A DNA stretch of 64,000 nucleotides from Mytilus californianus (lineage: Eukaryota). Location: NCBI RefSeq assembly GCF_021869535.1, contig NW_026262712.1, forward strand, positions 4,588,001-4,652,000. Direction: 5' to 3'. Shown piece by piece: positions 36,616 to 49,506 of this stretch. The notes beneath the pieces are model-generated. The model saw nothing but the letters and a program-made list of their open reading frames with translations. It made no database searches and was not told the DNA's origin. Made by a program: the position numbers and the translations under genes. Position 1 is the first letter of the stretch; the number at the start of each line of letters is the position of its first letter.

Positions 36616-36777
36616 TGATGTTTTGTATTCTCCACAACCACCAAAATATTTCAATACTAGTAACGAATATTGTCTGTCAATGTCCATTCTACTCTCATGG
36701 GCATTTTCACAACAGAACATACTCCCGTATGTAAAATTAGTAGTGTCTAAATTGCTGTAAACTCCACAACATTGTAA
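36616..36777 (-). pseudogene. Gene B exon: repeat 2, CCG exon (GC donor)
   Basis: tttcag|LQCCGVYSNLDTTNFTYGSMFCCENAHESRMDIDRQYSLLVLKYFGGCGEYKTS|gcaagt. Confidence 0.9.
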
Positions 36778-37611
36778 CTGAAAATATTAATATTAACGAC
36801 AAATCCAGAATGTTTGGTAAACAAAATGCATTTAACTGAACAAATAAGTTAAAACCTGTTTTGTGTATAGGGTTTGTTAATCAATTTTACTATGGTCAGA
36901 GCTTTACCTTTCTTAATATATGGTAGGTAATGAAATACTACTGTAGAAACATTAATTTTCGTGGGGTTAAAACTTCGTGGTTTTGTCTCTATATAAAATT
37001 TCATGGGGATTTAATTTCGTGGTTTCCATTAAATGGAAGTGATATTACATGTAGGTTAAATTTTCGTGGGGGTTTTAATCATAACTAGATTAAATAGACA
37101 AACAATCTTTTGAACAAAGTAAGGCAAAGGGCAATCAAATCCAATAACGCGAACATTACAGACAACATTAGATAATAAAAGACGAACAGACACATAGCAA
37201 TAAACCGGCAACTGTGATACAGCTACACGAACCTCCCAAAACCAAGTAGTGATGGTATTAGGTGTTCCGAAAAAAAAAAGGTTGTTCATTGACGAGTGGT
37301 ACTGTTAAATGTTACTACATCTATAATAATTATTGATAAAAAAGACGCTTTCATTTATTCTCAGAAACAGTTTAATGTGTAACCTCAAATTCTGTGCTGT
37401 AAATGATATCGTTTAACGAAAATTATAATTTAATCAAACACGTTTCTTAAAAAACACTTGCAGTAATACTTATTCAAATGATTTTTCTATTTAAACATTG
37501 ATTTGAATATCAACCATTAAGTAATGTATGAACATAAACTATAGGTATAATTATTTCTAGTCGAGATGCAGAGAAATGTGCTTGCATCAGTAAATTCAAA
37601 TAATGACTTAC

Positions 37612-37716
37612 GGTAATTAACATGTGATTCCAGGACGTTGTGAGGTAATTGGACCTATCGTGAAAATAATAGCCATCCTGAAGTAATTTCATCTGAAAAT
37701 TCATATCTTTGTTTAT
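37612..37716 (-). pseudogene. Gene B exon: repeat 2, large loop part 1
   Basis: ttacag|INKDMNFQMKLLQDGYYFHDRSNYLTTSWNHMLIT|gtaagt; 105 nt. Confidence 0.9.
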
Positions 37717-38303
37717 CTGTAAAAATTTAAATGAACTGTTTAGCCTGCGTACTATTTTTAAAAATACCGGTGTCTGTAAAAGTACAGATATATACGGATC
37801 AACATGTGAGTGAAAATAGCCAAAACAGTATACATGATATAGACGTGGAGAAGTCAATGTGCGCCTAATGGGTGAGTCAGTCCTTTCTATACAAGCTAAA
37901 TGTTCATGTTACGATTATTTATGCCCTTTGTAATATACATCATCATGTGTTTTGTTACAATACATCTCTGGCTTTTGAATGTTTGGAAGTGAGCATTCCT
38001 GATAAAAAGTAAATCGAAAATAGTGCTTTAGACGCATGAAATTAATAAGTGCTATTTCATTTTCTATTCTTTTTTGATATATTAATACTTAAAAACAATG
38101 TTGTTTCTAACTCTTTTATTTCTGACAGAAACTTGATTGATTTGATTTTGTCGACATATTGGTTGTAAATTTGCTGAAGATACGATTGGAATCTAGTGGT
38201 TCTTTTAATGATCAATACAATTTGTTTTAGGATTTCTTTTATTTCACTTGATTGTGGTTCATTTAATGTATGAATTATAAATCATTATTATACCTAAACA
38301 AAC

Positions 38304-38378
38304 CTTTGCCATGAATACAATCCACAAGAGAATAACGAGTAATCGTGGAAGAGTCAAAACTAGAGACGTCATTGTACT
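38304..38378 (-). pseudogene. Gene B exon: repeat 2, TM3
   Basis: ttttag|STMTSLVLTLPRLLVILLWIVFMAK|gtttgt; 75 nt. Confidence 0.88.
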
Positions 38379-38828
38379 CTAAAAGGAATCCAATAAAGAC
38401 AGAACTAGTTTATATCTTTGTTTGTCAAGTTTTCGATTATTCATGAATTCACTTTAATTGATAACATCAACGGTACCAATTGTACTGAAACAGTTTATGT
38501 CTCTGCAGTGTTGCCCTGACCCAAATAATTTGACATCCAAAACAAAATGAACGTTGAAAAAAATAAGAAATGCATACTGAAAATAAGAAAAAAGATAACT
38601 TAAAAACTGACAAGAGTACAAGCTTTTATAAAATTGCTTATTAACAAAATCAAAAATACTTCTTTAACCTAACGTTTCATACATCACAAAATGTTCGGAC
38701 TTATAATTTACATTGTTTATAATTAAGTCTTTAAAACATGTTAAAGAATGACATGGAGAGAGTTGGAAAACAAATAACTTGTTATACAAAGTATTAGGTG
38801 CGTCTATTTTAAATCGTACAACACATAC

Positions 38829-38884
38829 TGTCGTAATAAACGTGGACGATTTCCTCCATGATCCAATTAAGCCAACAACTGCAT
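38829..38884 (-). pseudogene. Gene B remnant 3' end of the repeat-2 TM1-TM2 exon
   Basis: AVVGLIGSWRKSSTFITT|gtatgt (gene A: AVLGLVGSWRKSQRFLIT), fused directly to an RT fragment; the 5' part of the exon was not found. Confidence 0.82.
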
Positions 38885-39495
38885 TATGCAGGTGAAATTA
38901 ATATATTGCTACTAAGGTGGGGGAAATTGATAGTTTCAAAATTAAAATCGTCTCGTTTGTCATCGATTCTGGTACTGAGATAACCGCAGATGTTTAATGC
39001 GAGGTATAAGTCTAACAATGAGGCGGAGGAAGCCGTGTCTGTTGTTTCTTTAATTTCTAGTTCTGGAGGATATTTTAATGGAACCCAATCAGAAAAGTTT
39101 GGATTGTTTATGGAAAGAACATCATCAATATATCTGGATGTGAAATTAAATGATATGGCTTTTTTTTATCTTCTTGTTTTTGACAAGTGTCTGAAGAAAC
39201 TCCGACTCATATGAAAATAAGTGGAGTTCGGCAAGTTGAGGCGCACAGTTCGTTCATCCAGAAACTCCAGCATACTGATTACTTGTTCCTTTATGTAGCA
39301 TGTTTTACTTTTTGTTCACTATTTACAAAATATGCCATATGGTATCATGGGTATCCCAAAGTAATAAATTTATAGCGTATGCTACCATTTGTATATTGAA
39401 AAGCATTTTGGATAATTTCTTTTGGACGATTGTTTAATTTCACATGGGGAATGGTGGTATACAGAGTTGAAAAATCAAACGTTTTGATAGAATTA
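38885..39495 (-). mobile_element. Penelope-like RT fragment inserted into a gene B exon
   Basis: FDFSTLYTTIPH, FNFTSRYIDDVLSINNPNF, PELEIKETTDTASSASLLDLYL, DKRDDFNFETINFPHLSSNI..SPA. Confidence 0.85.
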
Positions 39496-40056
39496 GGTTA
39501 AATTGCTCTCCACGATTTGAAGTATTTATCCGTGGATTTCCAATTTTATGGTTTGAGTGTTCCTGATGTAAGTAAATCAAGAAAAGCGCTTTAGATCCGC
39601 CAAATTCATCAAGTACCATTTTATCTGTTACATTTTTATGATTTGTGTAAGTGATTGAAGTCGATGAAGTGTTTATCGACCATTTCTGTTCAAAGTGCAG
39701 TACAAAGATCAAAAATAAACAGAACAACAACAGGATAATATGCAATCAAATCTACAAATATATAACAAAACGTTCCTTTTACTCAGCGTGTAGTGTAAAC
39801 AGTTATATACTTACTTATTAACTTATGCCAAGTCAAATACAATTTTTAATATAGATAACCTTTTTTCAGGTAACACAATAAAATGTATCTCGAGACGCAA
39901 AAGAGAAGCAACCACAAATCCAGGCTATACATTTCTCAGAATCTTGTTTTTCTCCATTACGCCAATTGAACTTATGTAATATAGGATAATTCTGCTCTCA
40001 ATCGGGTTCTATTTAAAAATAACAATTATTTTTGGGAATAAGTTCAGGGATCACCC

Positions 40057-40150
40057 TTTAGTTTTTGGCGGAGTTCGTGTTGCTCAGTCTTTAGTTTTTG
40101 GCGGGGTTCGTGTTGCTCAGTCTTTAGTTTTTGGCGGGGTTCGTGTTGCT
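40057..40150. repeat. 33-bp tandem triplication inside an interspersed repeat
   Basis: tttagtttttggcggggttcgtgttgctcagtc repeated about 2.8 times. Confidence 0.9.
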
Positions 40151-40485
40151 TTTTCTATGTTGTGTTTTGTGTAATGTTGTTTGGCTGTTTGTCTGTTGGT
40201 CGTTTTCTTTTTTTTAGCAATGGCTTTGTCAGTTTATTGTCGGCTTATGAGTTTGAATGACATTTTGGTATCTTTCGCCCCTTTTTAAAGCTCTGCCAAA
40301 CACCAGAAAGTCTTTCTGCTAATGTTATTGTTTTAACAGTACCTGAGTCAGGATCATCATAATTGCATATCGATATTTATATTCAATTCACGATACATCA
40401 GGCTTTTTACAATAACAAAAGTATATTCCGGAAACGTTCAACCATCTTCATATTGTGACGATTTTCGAGCAAATGATGTTTCATG

Positions 40486-40488
<3 letters not shown>

Positions 40489-40521
<33 letters not shown>
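40489..40521. repeat. (TA)n microsatellite
   Basis: Direct reading. Confidence 0.9.
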
Positions 40522-40522
<1 letters not shown>

Positions 40523-40679
40523 GCATACAAAATGTAGAAAACAACACCAATATTTATAAAAATTCAAAGTTGACGAAGGTTAAGCATTTACTACTCAAAC
40601 TGTACTGATATGCATTTTAAAAGAATGGTTATGTGCAATATGATCTGGTACATGTCCACTATTTCACAGGTGACAAAAA

Positions 40680-41040
40680 TCAAGTGATTACAACAGAGAC
40701 TGCGTAGATATACATCACTAATGACTAGCACTGTAAGATTAGAACTGGAATAATTCTCAAACATTAAAGATGACGAAGGTTAATTGATAAGAACAGAGGC
40801 TGCGTGTTTATGCCAAATGAATAGCACTGTTCGATTTTTGAACTGGTATATATCAAAGATTTCAAAGTCAACGAATGTTGAATAGTTAGAACAGAATTAT
40901 ACATCCCAAATGGATAGCATTGCAATTTGAACTGGTACAAATATAGGTTCCAGAGTTGACGAAGTACAACAGGTAATGCATAGTTATATATCCCAAATGA
41001 ATAGCACTGCGCGATTAGAACGACACCTATATAAGATATT
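40680..41040. repeat. Degenerate about 95-bp tandem repeat, about 4 copies
   Basis: Recurring ccaaatgaatagcactg..gatt.gaactggt...gttgacgaa. Confidence 0.6.
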
Positions 41041-41459
41041 AGTGTTTCAGCATATTCAGCCCAGCCCGATATACACTGAGTGCATCCAACTTATTCAACA
41101 AATGCTTTGTACTGTGTCGAAAAATAATATTTTATGCATAGATATGATGGGGATTTAGTTAAGTGGATTTTTTTTGTGTGTGTTTTTTTTTGATAGATTT
41201 AATGGTTTTGTTATTCACAAACACATCGGAAATAGACTTGACAAATTATGTTCTACTTATAAAGGTCGGTTTAAACATCATGACATCGGAGACACGTCCG
41301 AGTTAAAGTTATTAATGACTGTTCAGCACTATACAACTTTGAAAGAACTGAGCAGTCATGCATAAAGAAGGTACAGCGATACAATCATTTATCGTTAAAC
41401 ATCGCATTATAAGACAGTACAAGCCAGTTACTAGTTTGTATTACTAAAAACCAAAATTG

Positions 41460-42480
41460 CGAGTTCAAAATCGCTAATGATGAAATTGACAACGGAAATT
41501 GGGAATGTTTCAAAGAGACAACAACCCGACCAAAGAAGCAGAAAACAGCCTTAGGCCACCAATGGGTCTTCAACACAGCGAGAAGATCACGCACCTGGAG
41601 GCGGGCTTTAGCTGGCCCCTAAACAAAAAAGGAATACTAGTTCAGCGAAAATGGACCAAAATTTAAAAAAATCAAAACATACAAGACTAACAAAGACCAA
41701 GGCTCCTGACTTGGGATATGCGCAAAAATGCGGTAGGGTTAAACATGTTTTGTGAGATCTCAACCCTCCCCCTATACCTCTATCCAATGTAGAATAAACA
41801 ATATAGAAAACGCACAGTAAAACGCAGTTCAAAAGAAATCCAAGACCGATGTCGGAAATGGTAACATAAAAAAATAAGCAAAATGACATTGATACATAAA
41901 TTAAAAAAGGACTACTAGCAGTTACTGACATGACAGCTCCTGGCCTTAATTATACTGTTTGAAAGATTATGTCTTCATCATATGAAAATCAAGCACAATC
42001 CCTTCCGTTAGGGTTTAGGATCATTCCATCATAACATATACGAAAAAACATAACCTGTGTCATGCCAAGAACTGGTTTTAGAATAAATGTGTTTATTTTC
42101 CCATGCAAAGATCCTGTAAGTGAATCAATATTAATTCCAGAAAACGCCATCTTTAATGACCTGACAACAGTATCGTAACTATAACCCTTCTGAATAAGTC
42201 TGTTTAAAGGTTTGGTTAGATTTTGAGGTGAATGACGACATTGTTGTGCTTTATATAGAATATTACCATAAAAGCATGGATGTGAAATACCTGAACGTAT
42301 AAGATGTCCTTCTGCCGATGATAAAATTTAATAAATGTTTTGACAAGTATGTGAAATCGAAAACCCTGGTGTTATAATTTTCAGTAATATAGAGATTTCT
42401 TTCGTTAAAATCAAATACGTTGTTGCATACACGAGCGAATCGAACAAGTTGAGATATATAAATACCATGATACATGCTTA
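41460..42480 (-). mobile_element. 3' end of a second Penelope-like family (RT thumb plus UTR)
   Basis: ORF YHGIYISQLVRFARVCNNVFDFNERNL; UTR homologous to 18330-18770 and 20200-20500. Confidence 0.75.
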
Positions 42481-42636
42481 TAACTCTTGCTGATAAGGTT
42501 AATGACCTATAAACCTATTTTGTATTTGCTATTTCACAATCGTTATGTATATTGTTAAATATTTATCTTGCAAATGAAAAGCATAAATTTGATTATTGCC
42601 AAATTTAATGATAATGAAACAAATTCATATACTTAC

Positions 42637-42682
42637 AATGGAAATTATTTTCAGTGTTGCTGAAACGAAGATAATCTTGGAC
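42637..42682 (-). pseudogene. Gene B exon: repeat 2, start of TM1
   Basis: tgtag|(R)SKIIFVSATLKIISI|gtaagt; 46 nt. Confidence 0.88.
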
Positions 42683-42894
42683 CTACAATTAATATACATT
42701 CTTGTTGAACAGTACAAACTAGGCCTATACATTTTATTTTCTTACAATTCATGGCACCAACTTGTATGGGATAAAAGTTGTCATTTTGTTTTATTTCTAA
42801 AGGCACATTTTTACATTATTTTCAAATTATGTTGGTTTTATTTAGTAGTAAACTGCTGTGAATATCTAATTTTTCAGTGCATTTCATATATATG

Positions 42895-43150
42895 ACGTTA
42901 TATCAGCTCAGTAGTGAGTACTTCGGGCCATGATGATTTATAACAAACCTTTCCAAAAGTGTCGCAATTATAAATTTGAAAATTTGAAAGAAACAAAGGT
43001 TTCAATATCCTCAGCTAGAGTTGACCTTAGATGTTTTTGGCTATTTTTCTCTTTTGTTCTTTTTTGTCATTTAGCTCATCGATTGTTTTGGTTCTTAGAC
43101 ATCATTGGTTTTCAAATGTTTGGCTCTGAGCATTCCTGATGATGGTGAAT
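42895..43150 (+). mobile_element. Retrozyme-like fragment ending in a truncated hammerhead core
   Basis: Reverse-complement homolog of 1830-2230; ends in gagcattcCTGATGAtggt. Confidence 0.55.
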
Positions 43151-43533
43151 TTATGAATTAACGGTTTGTTTTATTCGATCATTTATTTTATGAGAAAAAT
43201 GTTTTACCTGTGTTCGTCATTTGTTCTCACTCTCGATATTTATGAGCGCAGAACTTTATGTTTAACATCAATTGTTATGCAATGTAATTGAAGACTTGAC
43301 AGATTTGAAAGTCAAATTACAAAAAAATAACTGAACAGCGATGTAATCTTATCAGCTCATAATGTGTTGCTGCAACAATTTCGCATGTGTTTTGGGTTAC
43401 ATGCGGATTGCATTTTTTGCATGTTAATGTAATTCCACGACTATATAATTGACGTTTGTTTCAGTCTTAAAAAAAAACAAACTCATTTACTTATCTGTAA
43501 TGATACACAAGACGTGCTTAAATAAACCCTCAC

Positions 43534-43685
43534 CTTTTCCAGCTTTTCTTTACAAAGACAATAAAATTTTGAAATATTCCATATTGTAACGACAACAAGA
43601 GATACTTATTTTTCGCAATTGTTGGCTCATTTACTTTAAATTCTAGTTTTCTGTATGTATACTCTACTGCAATTGTGCTCACAAC
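43534..43685 (-). pseudogene. Gene B exon: linker between repeats 1 and 2
   Basis: ttatag|VVSTIAVEYTYRKLEFKVNEPTIAKNKYLLLSLQYGIFQNFIVFVKKSWK(R)|gtgagg; phase 0 to 2. Confidence 0.9.
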
Positions 43686-44503
43686 CTATAAAATGAAACA
43701 AGTATACACGTGTATGACACTGTTAGATGAGGAAACAAGATAGGAGCAACATGAAAGAAATATTCTGATACTTCGGAGTATTTAATTTTTATGTTAAGAA
43801 TATAAATAAAGACAATAGGTAAACCACTGAAATAAATTCTATTATAACCTGTTCTAGAAGTCACAATTAAATATGTTTGGATTTTGTAATAAGTTAAATG
43901 TTCCAAACACAATATGTGATCGTGTTTTAAATAAATAGTTATATTAAAACATAAGTTTACATTTAAAAACGTTCATCACTGATATTTCGAATCTAGCAAA
44001 CCATTTAGATATATCTAAAGTTGTAAGCAAACTAGCCACAAGTTTTAAAACACAAGGAATATACATACATGGTTCATTCAAATTGTATATATATATATAT
44101 ATAAACGACTAAAAAGTGTACAAAACAACACCAATATTTAAAAAAGGAAACATTAAATGTAATTATGTATTATTTTTTTGGATAACAGATATCCTTCATC
44201 AGTATGATTATGATGTAAAAGTATAACATATACCAAGTTTCAAACTTAATTACAGCTAATCGGGAAAAGTGAACGGTAACTCGTTTTCTCGTAATTTATT
44301 TTTCAAGCAGTAGTCTAGTGTTATTACTGGCATGCAATTAGACTAAACGTATAAACATTGGTCTCTCTGCCGTTTTAGTTATTATTTCCCAAATTACTAA
44401 TCCCGAGGTTAATAAAACTCTCCCAAGAATAAAACGTCATTGGATGATATAAGAGTCATATTACTGTAACAGTATAACATATTAACAACAAAATATTACA
44501 CAC

Positions 44504-44620
44504 CTGACAAACAATGCATGTCACTATCAAACCTAAGTAAGCTTCTACATATGTACTAACTCGTTCTGCATAAGCATCTCTGCAGTCATATATACCATTA
44601 CGATTTCCATGGCATCCAAG
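44504..44620 (-). pseudogene. Gene B exon: repeat 1, end of loop and TM4
   Basis: aaag|LGCHGNRNGIYDCRDAYAERVSTYVEAYLGLIVTCIVCQ|gtgtgt; 117 nt. Confidence 0.88.
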
Positions 44621-45237
44621 CTTTTAATGAGTTTAAAAGCAGATTTTAACAAAGCGTACAATAAAACATATTATTAAAAGGTGCGAACTAAATCTAAAAA
44701 TAAAACCAAAATTTCCCCAGTTTTGCAACGTCATGTTTTTATGTATCCATTGGTGTTCGACATTATGCATTTGTAGCATCGTTTTTTTTTATTTGGTCTC
44801 CCATTGGTTTTTTCACAACTTTATAGTGAGCACAAACTAATTTACCATAGGACATGGGCTATTGATATTTGTTATGACAGTGTGTGGAATATCATCATGG
44901 TTTGAATATTTATCACCACTTTGACATTAGGAACACAATTATTGAAGTTTTATGACTTTTTCTTGTCCTCAACATAGATGCATAGGTTTTAATGTTTAGA
45001 ACAAATGTGCAAGGTCTTCTTGATAATGTATAGTGTAACATATAACATTACCTCTGACCTGCCGTTCAGCAACTGTAAATATGTCGGGATGTCATGGTTA
45101 GAAAAACAAAGAACGCATAGATAAACGTTTGATTCTGTCTTAATCGAGCGAAATTGATATGAAATCGGCGTTTATGTAACAACGTTTGTTTTTCTACATT
45201 TTATCCAGCGATTGACCTTTGGCGGCCAAGTTTTCTA

Positions 45238-46197
45238 CAGAGGAAAATTTCACTCACATCAATTTAAATTCATGTGAATCTCACGTGAAATTCACGTGAA
45301 TTTCACCTCAAGCGAGCTTATACGTAAAACTCGCATGAAATCAGTTCATGTGAGTTTCACGTGAATCTCATGTGAAACTCACGTGATTTTCGCGTGAATT
45401 TTTAAAATAAAGTAATTCAACTAACATTTAAATTTTCAAAGGAGTAGGGGCATTAAGGCCCGGTTTTGGCCCAAGAAAACAAAATGTTTGACAACTATTT
45501 CAAATTGGCACATAATTTTTAGAAATGCATAGAGTTGAGAAATATAAATGAAAAACAAAAATTTGTATCTGATGACGTCACGATTACGTCAATATATGTA
45601 GCGTTTTCATAAAAACGCTGAAATATAAAGCATTTTTGTAGTTTTCCATCATTAGTTCCATTGTGGAAACATCGTGCGCAGCCAAGAAACAACAAAATTA
45701 TTTATGAGGAGCTTTATCATATCTATTGACATAATCTCACCAAATATAAAGTTGTTTCTAGGGTGCGCACATACTTTGCCAATCTAAAATATACTTAAAG
45801 TTTGATGAAAATCAAGGAAAATAAAGATTTTTTCCAAAATATACAAATTTCGTCATGGTTTGTTGCAATGGTTACTTGTTAAATGTGAAGTTTATTTTTA
45901 TTTTCTGAATACCTTGTATGTTAGTCTAGTTAGGACAAATTTAAGAATATGTATGATAACTTTTAAATTTGCAGTAATATTTGGACCAAATAAGGGCATT
46001 ATTTCCCCTACTCCAAAATTTAATTAAAACCATGAGAAATACCATTTTCTTTTTGTAAAGTTCACGTGAAATTCATGTGAATTTCAATTCACGTGAAATC
46101 ACATGAACATTTTCACATGAGTTTTAATGTATAAGCTCGTTTCAGGTGAATCTCATGTGAATTTCATGTGAATTTTCGTGAGCAAATTTTGCCTGTG
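45238..46197. mobile_element. TA-flanked fold-back MITE built of CACGTGAA-like repeats, with a second element nested inside
   Basis: TA|CAGAGGAAAATTT..CTCAC and GTGAG.AAATTTTGCCTGTG|TA; arms about 165 bp. Confidence 0.75.
45441..46014. mobile_element. Inner MITE with GGAGTAGGGG terminal inverted repeats
   Basis: ggagtagggg at 45441 and cccctactcc ending at 46014; TSD degenerate. Confidence 0.65.
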
Positions 46198-48044
46198 TAA
46201 ATTAAGGAACCATTGTATAGCTAGCTTGTCAACACTGAGGTTGTGAGTTAGAATCCCGCACCTGGCAGGTGCGCTCCACTCCAATCATAACTGATAAGGA
46301 TTGTCGGTCAGTGGTTCTCTCCGAGCACTCCGGATTTCTCCCCCAATGAAAATGATCGCTGATCATATTTAAATGTGTATTTTGATTCCAGCAATTCAGT
46401 TTCCATAGCATTAAAGGTCTGAGTTTTTTTATTTTCAATTTTTATTCATATGTTGCAAATGATAAATAAATAAAGTATCGAATTATAATTTTTTTGAAAG
46501 ACATTTTTGGATATTTATATACGACAAAAGTTTGTAAAAATTCAATTATTTTTCATATATGGTTAATAATATTCTTTACGGCATTTTTAACTAGTCAATG
46601 CTCGAAGAATTGAAATAAAACAGACGATATATAATATATCTGAAAAATTTGTTTTCAGGCAATACCCTCATTTCAAAACATTTGCCGTAGAACATTGTTA
46701 ATTTGATTTCAAAATATTTTGGTCGACTGTTATATAAAAGTTTCTTGTCAAATTAATGATACGTGTTTTTACCTGCCGACCACAACAATTGATTTTTTTT
46801 CATACAAATTATGCCGTTGAAATTATTCCACACAGGTATTTAAAGCATATCAAATGATGCAGATGTAGTCGAACTATATTTTAAGACTGATCTTAAACTA
46901 GTTCAAATTCTAACTAGAAACTACGGGTTCAAATTGATTAATAATATCAAAACACTTCTATTTAGAACGTATTTTAATCCGATTACCGGGAATTTCGCCA
47001 TGATTTCTACATTTCGTTTCCACATGATTTATTGCACATCAAAAATACTGTGTAAAAAAAAAAAACCATCATACGGAATAAAAGCATTACAAGGCCAAAC
47101 TTAAATTTATTAGACTTAAATAACTCCCAATTTGTGTAAAACTCTCCATCCTGAAGTACCAAAAAGAACTTTTGAGACTCGTAATTAACAACTGTACACT
47201 ATTTTTGCGAACACTGTTTGCAATAAAGTTCTGATTTACAGTAACAGCTCGATTAAAAATGTTATCAAATTAATGCCAGTGCATGAGATAGAAAGATTTT
47301 TAAACAAATTAATTACTGCCGACAGAAATTTAAGTCACTCTGCTCCTTAAATGCTCGCATTTATGTAAAACATAATTTGGGTACTTAGACTTTGCCGTTC
47401 AGCAACTGTAAATAGATAATGAACGAAATGGAAAAAAACAAAAGAATTACACATTAAAACATTTATTTCTGCAGTGATCGAGCATAACTACATAATCGCG
47501 TTTGTTTGTCTACATCTTATCCAGCGTAAGTATGCAATGTTTTTTTTGGGAATTAAACATTACAGTCAATTAAAATTTTGTATCTTACAATAAACATTTT
47601 GTTACTTTTAGAATAAGTAAACTTTTTATCAAAAACATATCTCTTACATGCATATTATCGCTTAATTTTTTAACAGAAAATACATTATGGCCTTCATTGA
47701 TTATGCGATTGATGAATCAATGTATCCAGGGGATGACAAACTTAGGCATTTATTACAGGGAGTAAACGAGCGTTTAATGTTGATCAGAATTCGAAAACGC
47801 ACCGTTTTCACTTTTAGGCGAAGGTAAACGTGAACGTCAATGCCCGTTTTTTGTTATTACTACAAATTTTGGGTTTACGCAGAGCAGATGTGGCTTTTAC
47901 ACGAAGTACACGCCAGTTTCCAGTTAACGCCGTGGATATTTAATCCGGCGTCTACATGTTATGCTTGGTCTGCACCCAATTGTACTGCCACCTTAGTTTT
48001 TCTTTTTGGTCTTATACATTCTTTGCTTTCATATGTTTCGGTTT

Positions 48045-48087
48045 GAGCGTTCCTGATGAAGGTAAATCAAGAAAAGCGCTTCAGTTG
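48045..48087 (+). ncRNA. Best-preserved hammerhead core in the window (family 2)
   Basis: gagcgttc CTGATGA aggtaaatcaa GAAA agcgct TC agttgc; core boxes intact but the stem I 3' strand is replaced; weaker copies at 37991-38037 and 39555-39600. Confidence 0.6.
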
Positions 48088-48668
48088 CCCGCAATTAATT
48101 AAGTGTTGTCTTTAATCAACAAGTATATCATATTTCAAAAACAATACACCTTCAAATTTTGAAATAAAACGAGGTTTACGGATGAGTAAATAGGAAACTT
48201 GGCAAGGATTACAACTTCAATTTATAATACTTTCGAATAAATGATTGTATTACACATGTTAAAACTTCGATTACTCATGTATGAAGATACAAATCAGATG
48301 TAGTAAGATAGCCAATGGGACATCTATCTTCCAAAGAAATAAGGACATGGATGTAAACAAGAAAAAGTTAACGTAGTGCCTCAAATAGGGACCAACATCC
48401 ATATCATATAGTAATTTCGAAAAAATCTTAAAATATTCGCTGTTACTGAAAAAAAAGATTATAGAGAATATGGTTTTCGACGTCTTAACTATCAAACAAA
48501 ACACTCTAAATGTGCATTAAATTTCTAAATATCTCTGATAAGTGTGAAACGTAGTATATAATCAAACACGTGTAAGATTTTAAAGGATAGCTTAGATTTC
48601 GTAACGCATTTTAAGGATAATGTTTAGAAAATGTAAAAAAAAAAAAAAAAAAAAAAACTCACACTCAC

Positions 48669-48742
48669 CTTTCTTTTAAAATTTGGAAACGTATATTGGT
48701 AGTAATTATCTGAGATATATCTACTGTCATTGTTGTACGCGT
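48669..48742 (-). pseudogene. Candidate gene B repeat-1 large-loop exon
   Basis: acacag|..AYNNDSRYISDNYYQYTFPNFKRK|gtgagt; good splice sites, but its phase could not be joined to neighbouring exons. Confidence 0.35.
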
Positions 48743-49506
48743 CTGTGTAAGTTATCAGCATATCACGATTATTTCTCTGTTAAAATAAGTAACAATATTC
48801 AATTACCATTAATAGGAACAGAATAAACTTTACTATAAACCGGAAGTAAAGTTGGTAGTTTTTAAAGAGATGCAATCGATTTCATAGCTTGACACGTGCC
48901 TTATCTTGGTTCACAATTTTAGAAACTAAAAAATAAAACGTACAAAAGATGCTAGAGTTTCAAGATAAAAGGATGCAAACACTACAAGCAAAACACAAAC
49001 AAATCATCTTTTATTAATAAATTTTACAAGGTGGCGGATAAAAATATGTCGACGAAAAACTTAAAAAAAAAAACAAAAAAAAAAACAAGTTGTGCGGGTA
49101 AACGTTTGTTAGCAACGATAATAGTATATACACGCTTAAAAAACCCATTGATAAGTATCTACTAAAAAGACTTTGTAGTCAAGATATTTTTCTATTTCGT
49201 ATCGGATAGTTACATTAGTTTATGTAGTTCTGTGTTCTTGATCTCTGAAGAGCTGTTAAATCTTGCCTGATGAAATAATTTCCATTTTTTAAATGTGATA
49301 ATAAAAAGGACACATATTGTCCTTAGAAATCAATAAGCTATCAACTTTACTTTTGTAACATTTTATCCAAATTGGATATTATTACTAATATGAATAAAAG
49401 GAGAGGTAAAACAGAATGAAGATTGATTTAAATCTGGTATTAAATGCGTCCTCCTTATCGAAAAACTAAGTAAATGAAATAAGGTAAGTGATTGGTTACA
49501 ACTCAC

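Noticed and set aside
39330-39420. NGSIRYKF as the missing half of the gene B exon (resembles DGSLRHIF)
   Set aside because: It is in frame with FDFSTLYTTIPH, so it belongs to the RT fragment.
48807-48925. Candidate gene B repeat-1 loop exon
   Set aside because: It has plausible splice ends but stops in all three frames and no alignable homolog in the window.
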